NCBI GenBank assembly: GCA_002269645.1
Contig: NIVC01000107.1
Location: 1-64,000 of the forward strand
DNA: 64,000 nt
Direction: 5' to 3'
DNA from: Macrostomum lignano
Taxonomy: Eukaryota
Shown here: positions 11,902-22,673 of the stretch, one piece after another
How the letters are laid out: each line of letters begins with the position of its first letter
Numbering within the stretch: position 1 is the stretch's first letter
Translations under genes and position numbers: made by a program
Notes under the pieces: generated by a model
Told to the model about the DNA's origin: nothing
What the model saw: the letters and a program-made list of their open reading frames with translations, nothing else
The model's database searches: none

Positions 11902-12545
11902 GCGCTAATGCAGATTGTAATGACCTTTATTGGGGACGATATAAAAGTACATATTGTACCGAATTGGTTAAAGTATTCCATATTTTGTAACTAAATGTTA
12001 GAGCAGTCGTAATTAACTATATATACATATATACAATACAATGGTGCATTGAGTTAATTTGACTTGGATGAATGGATGTTCGATTAGAAATATTGTCGTC
12101 TTCGTTATTACTTTATTGCATTTTAGTCTCAAATTGCTTATAATTAAAATAGCAGTGAGTAGCACTGGCCAGGTAGATCCCATGAAAAACTAATATAGAA
12201 TGGCGCTACACTCTCAAAAGTGAGCAAATTTCCGACATTCGCTACAAAATTAATTAGCGATATACTCGTAGTGCTGCGTCTGCTACTTGTATAACAACTC
12301 TCGTGCCTACAGAGGCATCTTGAATCCAGTCGAAGAATCCATGCACTTGTAAAGACGATTTTCTAATCTTGTTTTGCTCCCTCAATTTCCTTGCGTCCAC
12401 GTTCTTGCACCATGGCCAGCGTCATCCTTATAAACCTGGCTCCGCTTCCTGGATCTCTCCTTGGCTTGACAAGTCTTTGACCGGTTGAGTTGATTCGTCC
12501 TCTGGCCGGTGTAGTTAAGTCGCTTATCTTGCATTTCTGGGTAAA

Positions 12546-13487
12546 TGTCGTAACCCGGGTCGGTTTGGGTGCCCAGTCCCGAGTACAATATATATTATAC
12601 GTGATATAACAGGCGTTGTGACGCTCTGTCTGTACTGTTATGGATACGAGCAGGCGTGACGACGCTCTGCGATAATAGTTCGATCCCTTTGGTGTTGTGA
12701 CACTCAGAGTTCACGCTGCGGCTCGAGGTGTGGTGACACTCTCGAGTGCTTCTAGTCTCGATACTGTAGGTTGTACACACTATAGTAGAGTAGACAGTAC
12801 AGTACTACAAAAAGCTATATGATCTCCCGGCGTTATGACGCTCTGGCAAGAACTCAGCCTAACAAGCTCCCAGAAAAAAACGAACTCAAGCAGCAGGCGG
12901 CTTACCAGTGGCCAAATCGCCGTTACGTTTATTGATTCGCTCGTTGTACAGTGGCCAAATCGCCGTTCTCACGTCTATTGGTTTGCTCGTTGGTCAGTGC
13001 AGGTTCTGAATTCTCCAAAGCTCTTCTTAAGGCTCTTGTGTTTCTTTTCGCTGTATTCAATAACTAGTATTGCTGTTTATACGTCGAGTCCTGCACTTGT
13101 ATTCTACGAGCACACCAAAACAAAAACACAAACAGCACAAACCGGGACGAAGGGCAGGAGCAAGACCCAGAGCCGCACTAAATAATAACCAAACCCTGGG
13201 GCCGATGGCCCCACCGGCTAAGCCCACCAAAACAAACTACCCCAACAAAATAGACTGGCCGCGCCGGCCAGCCAATCAAAACCCCGCCTAGGGGGTGAGG
13301 GGCCGCACCCGCGACAAAGCTGGCCCGGCCGCAGCCAACCAGCCCTGAGCACGGGGCAGGGGCACGGCTGGGGAGGAGCACGCGCAAAGCCCGGCCGCTG
13401 GCCAGACCCTGCCACGCCCGCCAACCCCCCCTAGCCAGCCCCAAAGTGCAACGCGCCCTGCCAACCGACAAGGGCGCATGCACTACA
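12546..13487. mobile_element. Solo LTR (942 bp), probably Ty3/Gypsy-type
   Basis: Starts TGTCGTAACC at 12546 and ends ACTACA at 13487. Flanked by an identical 4-bp TAAA (12542-12545 and 13488-13491). TATAAA (~13080) and AATAAA (~12930) lie on the minus strand. No internal ORF. Confidence 0.68.
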
Positions 13488-14187
13488 TAAATGTTTAGCG
13501 CTCTGTCTTTAAAAATCTAGTCCTGCCCTGCAGTATATTTTCAGAGCTAACTGAATCAGAAAGTGATCAGCTAATCTAAATTGAAGTTTGCGTTGAATTT
13601 TGAGCAGCGTGCTTACATAAAAATAGGAATGTCTTCGGGAAATGCCAGTGGCACAAGTTGTTACCGTCAGTTCTTGCAGGTCCATGGACCGAATGCAGTG
13701 AGTCAGCGAGCCGTTTACACACCAATATGAGCTCAGAGTCAAATATAGAGTTGAAGATTTTTAAGCCGTTTGATATTCTGAAACTGACATCTGGCATCTG
13801 GCTTCGCCATAATACACTGTAGACGCCGCAAGGTTTCAGAACAGAGGTCAATGGAGACGCATCAAAGAAAGGGACTTCAATTGAAAGATAATCAGTCCTT
13901 TTGTACCATCACAAAGCTAGCCAGTGTACCCAACGCCCCAGGACTCGGCCAATTTCCGATATATTTTTTCTACTCGATATAGAGTCGGGCTGAAAATAAG
14001 TAAAACTTTTGTGCAACGATTGTAACTCAAACCAATGCCAGTTAAAGGTGAACGGATTTTGCTTTAATGGCGCTTTTTCGAGACTAAAGAGAGAGAAAAG
14101 ATAGAGGGAGACAGAGAGGCTAGAGGAGGAGAAAGAGAAGGGATAAAGAGAGAATGGATAGAAGGAGAGAGAGAAAGGCGCTGAGCC

Positions 14188-17100
14188 TCAGTTGACCGCC
14201 CTAAACACGACAGAGAGTCGCGCGGTGCACTCGGCCTCGGCGAGGCTGCAGCCGATGGTCAGTCGCAGGGGGTTGTCAGCCACGGAGTCGCCGTAGCCAG
14301 GCAGCGGCGGCGGCGACTCCCAGGGCAGATGGCGGGCGGCCAGTTCGGCGAGCAGGGCGGCCGTCTCCGGTCGGAGGACGCCCGGGAAGGCGGCTCTAAA
14401 TTCGGAAACGGCGAGGCCGACGTCGGCGGCTGCTGCTTTGACGCCATCGCGAACAGCCGTGGCGAGTCGGAGGCCGCCTCCGCCGTCACTGTCGAGGTAG
14501 CCGGAGGTTCGGAAGCCTCCGTTCAATTGCGGGCTGGGCGGCCGGCCCTCTAGCTCGCGCATTCGGTGCAGCGACTGCAGACCAGCGGGATCGAGGGACT
14601 GCGACACCTCCAGCGACTGGCCCAGCCACAGGAGCTTGGCCGGGTCTGTCACTGCGGGAATAAGGTGCGCGAGTGCAGAGCTATAGGAGGATTGGGATCC
14701 TGATTGGAGCTATGGGAGAATTGGGATCATGATTGGAGCTATGAGAGAATTCGGATCCTAATTGGAGCTATGGAAGAATTGGGGATCCTGATTGGAGCTA
14801 TGGGAAAATTGGAATCCTGATTGGAGTTACGGTACCTAATCGATATCAATGGGACAAGTGCAGGGCTGATCTTACTCTTTCCAGTAATAAGCAGCTCGAC
14901 CGGATAGTGATCGCTGACTTCCTCCGCCTGGAATGAGAAATGATCTCGATCATTAAATAATAATGCGGTTAAAAAGTTAAAATAACCATGGATGGGTATG
15001 GACACCGTGATCGATGGTAATGGCTGCTTCTGCATCGTATCGACAGCAGTTCTTTTGTAACATTCGATAGACATACACTTACCTGGTATGTATTACCCCA
15101 TAGACATTATTATCGCCATGAAGACACTTCCGTGCGATTATTTATCACCCGATGGACACAGCATCACCATATCTAGACTGCACTTTAGCATCAATCTTCC
15201 TATACGGCCTTGAGGTTGTGCCAATCACTGCAAGCCGGGAAGAAGTCTTGAATGCGGCTTTCAGAGCTCCGCTGCGTTTCTCGCTCAACATTCGCTACCC
15301 GTGCGCCCCGTCGGGCCGCGCTCTGATGGTGAAAACTGACATGCCACCGCTGAGCGACACCCTCAGACGGCGAGGACAGAGACTCCTCAAACGCGTGCTC
15401 AGGACGCACGGACGCGAAGATAAGACAACCCGCTGGCAGCTGTTGTTGCCAACCCATACCTCAGGAGGGCGTTCGCTGAGGACGAGACGGAACCATGACC
15501 TCCATTGACACTAATTTTCTTAACAATCTGCGCGTCCAGCTGTACTTGACTTCTAGCGAGGCCGTGCGTCTTCCCTCGTCGGTTGTAAACTTAACTGTAG
15601 ACTAAACTTAAGTATCCGACGATAGACTCTACTGCAGCACCCAATGGTGGGATCACTCGGGAAAATATGAGTGTTAAGTTCAAGTATCGTTTCAAGAAAA
15701 CTCACCACAGAGTTATTCAGCCGAAAGGCGCTATCGAACCGGAACACGTCAGCAGATTCAACATCAATAGCCGTCATCAGCTTGGACCCAGTCGCTACAA
15801 TATGATCGTACAGACAAGTTGTCCGCACCATGGTGGTCTCCATGCAACTGTTGATCAGCCAGGTGAGACTCTGGTCGCGCACCAACTGCAGCTCGTTCTT
15901 CTCGCGCCGATTCAAATAGGTGCAATCTGCGTTGAAATCGCCAACGATGAGGACATTCTGAAGATAATTTTTTGCATTGCAACATTTTACCACTGAATAG
16001 CCTCGATTGTCCGTGTCATCGGGTACAGCTGACTCTTGGGTCAGATTCTAATTCAGATTTCTCTTTGAGCACGATCACACAGCCATCAAACAAAGGTCGT
16101 GTAATCACAGAACTTGTACAGCAAATTGAATTTCTTTGTAAAATTGTTGTGTGATTTAATCGCAGTGTGAAGGAGCCTTTAATGCACAAGTACTTGCCTC
16201 ATTTTGCCAGGCGTTGCGCGCCGCCCTCTGCACGGAGTGTAGCGCCTCCAACTCTACAACAACGTCCCTTGGCGAAGTGTGCAGCCCGAGTACGCCGAAG
16301 GTAGTCACCTTGACTTTGGAGGGGAAGAAGGATGATTTTCGGACTTGGTGCTTGTAGACCATGAGTATGGCAATCATGATAGGACAAAGCTATCAACTTT
16401 GATTTTTGCCTCCTGAATTTGGACCCCGGATGCCAAAAGTATATATATATGTGTACAATTATAGAAATTCCTTAGATTTTAAGATTTCTATCTATTGTCA
16501 ACTTTAATTACACTTGTATAAGTAATCTGTAAACATGGAGTCTGCAGACGACAGCAACTTCTGTTGGGTCAGAGAGGCTCAGTAATGTAAAGGGTTGGGT
16601 ACAGTACAGATGTTGGTATTGTATTTGAATTTGAATTTCTCGACTGATGCCCGCTGATATCATTCATTAATTCAAATCCAGGATACCAAAATTACGCTGG
16701 AATTCTGACGCTCAAAAAACCCCTGTTTACAGGCCTAGGTGTTGTATTACTCACGCGCGCCGCGCACGTGAAACAGTGCGCCGTAGGGCGGCCGTTCAAA
16801 CAAGTCCTGCGGATCGTCGTATTGATAGGTGCCGGCCAGGCTGAATATCGACTCCCTGGAAGTTACATGTAATTGGCGTCGCTGGGCCGACTGAATTTAT
16901 TGTTACTAGCAATGAAGCTATGAACGCAATACATGTACGAGCTACGAATCATTAATTAGCAACTTGGTCAACCGTTTCTAAGTCCATTCTCTGCCGGTTC
17001 TCTCGACAAGCCATTGCAACTACGAGCGTAAATAGGAATGCCCAAGGACCACTAGAAGGTCCTTGCTTTGTATTCGACTGGTCTGACCATGCACTTATCA

Positions 17101-19683
17101 ATTGCAGTCGGTTTGGACCGGAGCTCCAGAGCTCCAGAACTTTAGGCTTCATTCCAGTTTGTCTGCGTCCATCGCTTGGTGCTGGCGCCCCTTGGTGCTG
17201 GCGCCCCTTGGTGCTGGCGCCCCTTGGTGCTGGCGCCCCTTGGTGCTGGCGCCCCTTGGTGCTGGCGCCCCTTGGTGCTGGCGCCCCTTGGTGCTGGCGC
17301 CCCTTGGTGCTGGCGCCCCTTGGTGCTGGCGCCCCTTGGTGCTGGCGCCCCTTGGTGCTGGCGCCCCTTGGTGCTGGCGCCCCTTGGTGCTGGCGCCCCT
17401 TGGTGCTGGCGCCCCTTGGTGCTGGCGCCCCTTGGTGCTGGCGCCCCTTGGTGCTGGCGCCCCTTGGTGCTGGCGCCCCTTGGTGCTGGCGCCCCTTGGT
17501 GCTGGCGCCCCTTGGTGCTGGCGCCCCTTGGTGCTGGCGCCCCTTGGTGCTGGCGCCCCTTGGTGCTGGCGCCCCTTGGTGCTGGCGCCCCTTGGTGCTG
17601 GCGCCCCTTGGTGCTGGCGCCCCTTGGTGCTGGCGCCCCTTGGTGCTGGCGCCCCTTGGTGCTAAAGCCCCTTGGTGCTAAAGCCCCTTGGTGCTAAAGC
17701 CCCTTGGTGCTAAAGCCCCTTGGTGCTAAAGCCCCTTGGTGCTAAAGCCCCTTGGTGCTAAAGCCCCTTGGTGCTAAAGCCCCTTGGTGCTAAAGCCCCT
17801 TGGTGCTGGCGCCCCTTGGTGCTGGCGCCCCTTGGTGCTGGCGCCCCTTGGTGCTGGCGCCCCTTGGTGCTGGCGCCCCTTGGTGCTGGCGCCCCTTGGT
17901 GCTGGCGCCCCTTGGTGCTGGCGCCCCTTGGTGCTGGCGCCCCTTGGTGCTGGCGCCCCTTGGTGCTGGCGCCCCTTGGTGCTGGCGCCCCTTGGTGCTG
18001 GCGCCCCTTGGTGCTGGCGCCCCTTGGTGCTGGCGCCCCTTGGTGCTGGCGCCCCTTGGTGCTGGCGCCCCTTGGTGCTGGCGCCCCTTGGTGCTGGCGC
18101 CCCTTGGTGCTGGCGCCCCTTGGTGCTGGCGCCCCTTGGTGCTAAAGCCCCTTGGTGCTAAAGCCCCTTGGTGCTAAAGCCCCTTGGTGCTAAAGCCCCT
18201 TGGTGCTAAAGCCCCTTGGTGCTAAAGCCCCTTGGTGCTAAAGCCCCTTGGTGCTAAAGCCCCTTGGTGCTAAAGCCCCTTGGTGCTAAAGCCCCTTGGT
18301 GCTAAAGCCCCTTGGTGCTAAAGCCCCTTGGTGCTAAAGCCCCTTGGTGCTGGCGCCCCTTGGTGCTGGCGCCCCTTGGTGCTGGCGCCCCTTGGTGCTG
18401 GCGCCCCTTGGTGCTAAAGCCCCTTGGTGCTGGCGCCCCTTGGTGCTGGCGCCCCTTGGTGCTGGCGCCCCTTGGTGCTGGCGCCCCTTGGTGCTGGCGC
18501 CCCTTGGTGCTGGCGCCCCTTGGTGCTAAAGCCCCTTGGTGCTAAAGCCCCTTGGTGCTAAAGCCCCTTGGTGCTAAAGCCCCTTGGTGCTAAAGCCCCT
18601 TGGTGCTAAAGCCCCTTGGTGCTAAAGCCCCTTGGTGCTAAAGCCCCTTGGTGCTAAAGCCCCTTGGTGCTAAAGCCCCTTGGTGCTAAAGCCCCTTGGT
18701 GCTAAAGCCCCTTGGTGCTAAAGCCCCTTGGTGCTAAAGCCCCTTGGTGCCCCTTGGTGCTGGCGCTCCTTACCTTGCTTTCGCCCCCCACTCCAATAAA
18801 AAATTCTGGCTACGCCAAATGAATTGATATGTTCATAGCGACGAAAGAGTACATGTAAATGTAATGTACAGTGTGCGAGCCGTCTGATCACACTAAAATT
18901 TGATGGGGTGAAATGCCCTGCAAGGACAGCAGCAAGAGATCGCGAGAGCATGCAGGCCTCACCGGTAGAAGAACGCGTACTGCTCCTTGGAGCTCGTGCG
19001 GCCAAGTCGATCGCTGATCGCCATGGCGTAGCGCCTGCCGGCACCCACCCGGTTATTGAGCTGGTCCAGCAGGCTCACAATGGCCCGACCTGTGGCGTCT
19101 CGGATTTCCATGATGAACACAAGATCGTAGCGTTCGAGAGTCTGCAGGAATATAGCGGGGGCGTTACCGCGCTAGTCCATAGGTACACCTGCCAGTTTCT
19201 GCATGAATAACAATGACCACATGTGCAACCGACAGCTCAGCCGCAGCTATTTGCGCGGCGCATCTGAAGGCTGCGTACGGCTGTTCAGTCCAAGGACTGG
19301 GGGGGTCGCCACACACACACTCTCAATTACCCCAGCTAATGCTGGCACCCATTTTACAGCTGGGTGAATTACTGAAGCAGTGCAGAGTTAAGTTTCTTGC
19401 TTAAAGTTAAATTGTTCCAGTGGGATCGGGAATCGAACCTCCGACCCTTCAAGTCGTGAGTCCGACCTTCTAACCACAGGGCTACACAAACACAAGCAAC
19501 ACATACCTTGAGCAGAATGTTCACAACGTGCGGCTTGGACATTTTGGTGACTCCAAAGACCTGAATGTTGAAGGAGCCAATTCTAATGGGCGCCTGGCCC
19601 AGTTCCGGTAGCTCGGCAGCCGGTTGCCTAGCAACCGCAGCGAAAGCGCCGCATGCAGTTATCAACAGTAGCAGAAATCGCAT
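14188..19683 (-). CDS. DNASE1: Secreted deoxyribonuclease I-family enzyme with ~155-aa C-terminal extension, 446 aa; exons 19683-19507, 19141-18963, 16855-16755, 16313-16198, 15957-15706, 14927-14876, 14651-14188
   Basis: Signal peptide MRFLLLLITACGAFA. DNase I motifs IGSFNIQVFGVTKM, RYDLVFIMEIRD, LGRTSSKEQYAFFYR, TYQYDD..FERPPY, LHTSP, VGDFNADC, CLYDHIV and VSDHYPVE are present, so the catalytic E, H, D, D, H positions are intact. Phases 0,2,1,0,0,1 all match; total 1341 nt. Intron 4 has a GC donor. Confidence 0.93.
14680..14830. repeat. 29-30 bp tandem repeat (~5 copies) in the last DNase I intron
   Basis: CTGATTGGAGCTATGGGAGAATTGGGATC-like units recur at 14701, 14730, 14759, 14789 and 14819. 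Confidence 0.85.
15150..15510 (+). mobile_element. 5'-truncated RTE-like non-LTR retrotransposon fragment (post-RT C-terminal region) in a DNase I intron
   Basis: SIFLYGLEVVPIT..LNAAFRAPLRFSLNIRYP..MPPLSDTLRRRGQRLL resembles the RTE-clade tail (SVLLYGCETW..LRYALNI.W..LPPISETIRRRRLR). Match recalled from family knowledge, not searched. Confidence 0.65.
17175..18776. repeat. 16-bp satellite (~100 copies) in DNase I intron 2; two variants, CTTGGTGCTGGCGCCC and CTTGGTGCTAAAGCCC
   Basis: Direct reading. The variants occur in homogeneous blocks. Confidence 0.97.
19221..19487 (-). mobile_element. tRNA-derived SINE (copy 1) in DNase I intron 1
   Basis: Minus strand has A-box-like TAGCCCTGTGG and B box GGTTCGATTCC, then CTTAACTCTGCACTGCTTCAGT..CACCCAGCTGTAAAATGGGTGCCAGC, which resembles conserved SINE central domains. 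A second copy is at 63370-63628. Confidence 0.85.
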
Positions 19684-20229
19684 TCTTAGAATTTTTTATT
19701 AATTATTATTAATTAAGCCATTTATTTTAAAGTTAATTAAGGCTTCGGCATCCCATTGCAATACTCAACTCGATCTTAATTTTAAGCAATTTTACTATCG
19801 CAATATCCTCTGGCCGATCTTATCTACATGTAGCTCGTAAAGCAGAATTCGATTTAAAGCAGCCATGCCATGCGTGTACACAGGTTGTTGGAGGCACACG
19901 CAGTGTTGTCCAAGTTCCAAATCAGACACCACCAGCTGGCTAGCTGCCCACGAACTATAAGCCCCTTGGGTATTGTCTGGTCTGAATAGCTCCAATGGGT
20001 ATGCATTGCTGGCATGGTTATAATTCATGAGCATGTTCCTTTAAAGTTAACAACAGCAGCGCGCGCTAAAAGTCTACAAGAATGTGTATTCACAGAAGTG
20101 CCACAAGTGAATGCTAAGTACGCTTTTGCGCAACTTGAATCGAGAGACACCTAACCAAGGGTCTTTTCTGAATTTCTCACCCTCGTACAAGCTATAACGC
20201 ACGCCCGACTGTATATTGATTAGAAAATA

Positions 20230-20510
20230 TATATAGGGTCGCCATCACAAACCCGAAAAATCACAACTCCGAAAGCACTTCCCACCATAAACCCGAAATT
20301 TCATAGCTCCGAAAGTGCTAGCAACGCCCTATTTTGGTTTTCGGAGTTATGATACTTCGAGTTTGTGTTTTTGTGTTATTATCGTGTTTGTGATACTTCC
20401 GGTTTGTGATATTTCGGGTTTTGATACTTCGTGGTTGTGTTATTTCGGGTTTGTGATAGGGTTAGGGTTCGGATTTTGTAGTTGTGATTTTTCGGATTTT
20501 AAATTCTCCC
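20230..20510. mobile_element. MITE-like foldback element
   Basis: ATCACAAACCCGAAA (~20244) is the reverse complement of TTTCGGGTTTGTGAT (~20443). Several TCCGAAA/TTTCGGA subrepeats and GGGTTAGGGTT are present. No TSD identified. Confidence 0.45.
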
Positions 20511-20619
20511 CTCACGAGTAGAAGAATGAGGACGCGATTTTTCAATCTTAGAGTTGTCAACTCCCATTCTCATACTCCCTAGTAGGCTATAGTTTTTTAT
20601 TTTTATTCTTTATTTAATC

Positions 20620-20870
20620 TCGGACCGGTGTTATACTTTCGGATATCCGTGTCTTGTGTTGTCCGCCCAGATACAAATTACAAGTACCTTCTGATCTCCC
20701 CCGGATATTTCGAGCATCTTAAAGTATCCGGTCCGGATATCTCAAGCTGCTTTGCGTTCTCCGGGGTACTTGCAGTCTCTCCCCCCCCGGAAGTCACAAG
20801 CAGATTGAAATATCCGGCCGAAAAAAAGGTTCGCTTTGCGATAGATATCCGGATTGTGAAGTCCGGGTCA
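20620..20870. mobile_element. MITE-like element with CCGGATATC subterminal motifs in both orientations
   Basis: About six (C)CGGATAT(C)/GATATCCGG motifs point inward from both ends. Boundaries uncertain. Confidence 0.4.
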
Positions 20871-21079
20871 ATGAACAATTTGTCAGTTTAATATTTTCAA
20901 AGCCTAAAAGCAATAAATATCAAATTTTAAAAAGTTCCAAGCAGTTTTCTTTTTTATTTTCAATCAATTAGTTAAATTACGAGCGTAGTTAGTTAGTAAG
21001 TTTGTTAAATTAATTAGTTACTTCAATTAGTTAAAAGTCACCAGAATAATTGCATGGGGAAGCACTTCGATTACGAATA

Positions 21080-22291
21080 TAAGGTTCGGCCTGCGTCCTG
21101 CTTCGCTTCAGATGTACTCCATTGACACAGCGCTTTAGGCCAGCCAACTGGTAGACGTTTCCTCCCACGCATCTGCGCACTGGGTACGTTCAGTCACTCC
21201 AAGTGGACAGAAGTTTTCCGTCTTTTCGATCGTCGCGACGGTAATTGCGAAGTCTAACTAGCATGCCAGGTTCTCCATTCCTTTGGCAATCCTCGCGTGA
21301 CGTTCCCGCATTCGCTGCTGGGCAATTTTTGTTCTGGCCGTCAGCCTGGAGGCCAGAGCTGCGCGCTGCTGGTCTTTTTCCACAAGCCATTGCCGTTGCA
21401 TTGATGCTGGAGGCGATGCAGGCAGGCGAAGCTGGCCAAAAACAGCTCTGAAAGGCAAAGCCAGAGTTGTTGAATTGCGTCTGCTGTTGTAAGCAAGTTA
21501 GATTGCGTCCAGGTACCGATCCCAGTTAATGTCAGTTGGGGAGTTGCAAACCTTGCGAAGCAGACTGAGGCACGTTTGGTTTAGCCTCTCAGTTTGTCCA
21601 TTCGTCTGAGGATAGTAAGCACTCGTTACTCGTCTTTCCGTACTGCCCTCCTGTAGCAAAGCCTCGATGATGGAGTTGCAGAATTCCCTGTCTTGATCAC
21701 TCAAATAGGCTTTTCAGCTCTCGAGCGATCGTGTCGGCTCATACATTTGGTATCGGTCGAAAAAACTGCAAATTTCGTAAATTCGCAACATAAAGTCAGG
21801 ATATATCGATTTCCACTCTCAGTTGTGGTCGGCATTGTAACGCAATCCAAGCAGAGGAAGCCGAACAATCGTTGAGCGTCAGTAAGCACCTCAATCGGAT
21901 GTATTTCACGCTGTTTGCTGGTGAACTTCTTGTTCTCACATCTGTTCTCGCGTCTTCTACATCACTTTACTAAAGAGGCCAATGGTGCTCTTTATTCCCA
22001 TCATGTGACATGACTCGACGTGCAGTGTTTTGATCTTTTCCCTGACTTCATCCTTCGTAAAAGCACACGCCGCGGCTGTTCTGGGCGCCTTTTCTTGCTG
22101 CAGTTCCGGTTTCTCACTTTATAGAACAATTGACCGTCTTGGAAGAAAAAGGCTTTACTTTTTTCTCGAATTTTGCGCTTCAAATTGTCCTTCACTTTGG
22201 CTGACAAGTCTCCGAGAATGTCGACGTACTCGTTTTTCAATGAATAAAAGAACACTTGGTTTAAAGTCGCCTTTGCCATGTCTGTCTCCAC
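21080..22291 (-). pseudogene. Degenerate Ginger/GIN-type (Gypsy-integrase-like) transposase
   Basis: Minus-strand pieces in several frames: KRKIREKSKAFFFQDGQLFYK (GIN-type N-terminus), LDCVTMPTTTESGNRYILTLCCEFTK, SDQDREFCN..TSAYYPQTNGQTERLNQT..WDRYLD (rve core), and LRNYRRDDRKDGKLLSTW*..GNVYQL..VNGVHLK (GPY/F-like end). No RT or RNase H upstream. Frameshifts and a stop are present. Confidence 0.8.
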
Positions 22292-22673
22292 TTGAAAAAA
22301 GTACCTCAGTCACATTTGCAGCCTTCTACGAGGGTAAAATCTTAATTAAATAGCTTTTAAAATACACTGAGCATCAGAGAGAATGAAGTATACATTGCGC
22401 AATTACACTGAAAACTCAGCTAGAGCTCACCCTGCTAAGTACACAGATATGTTAGCTGTTTGCATATAAGGCCGTGTGAGTCCCTGCACATGCGAAAAAT
22501 AATTATTTGGAAGAGTTTTAGCTCCGTGGCTGTACACCGCTCATGTACATTTTTAGCCCCGGAGATCTCAAATAGGGGAAAACGCAAGGCACATGATGGG
22601 TTTCGACCTTCCGGCCCCCTTGTGGGGAAGCCTTCGGGCCTCAGGTCTCAGAAATAAATCAATTAGAGTCCTG

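Noticed and set aside
12769-13487. Shorter LTR bounded by TGTAG/CTACA
   Set aside because: No TSD at 12769. The 12546 boundary gives an exact TAAA duplication.
16960-17040. Minus-strand 'SCNGLSREPAE' as the DNase I SREP exon
   Set aside because: No usable splice sites and a nearby stop. Exon 16855-16755 (TYQYDD..FERPPY) fits in phase.
17102-18545. Long LAPLGAGAPWCWRPLV ORFs
   Set aside because: A stop-free 16-bp satellite on the strand opposite DNase I. The same applies to ORFs at 40528-41406, 43583-44049, 46429-47719, 48060-48574, 54113-55250 and 61007-61890.
19420-19487. Standalone tRNA gene
   Set aside because: The A/B-box region continues into a SINE body that is duplicated at 63370, and I could not fold a convincing cloverleaf with an acceptor stem.
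21109-22447. CAGA-TGTACT...AGTACA-CAGA as Ginger termini with a 4-bp TSD
   Set aside because: The left site lies inside the integrase coding sequence (..VNGVHLK) and the inverted match is only 6 bp.
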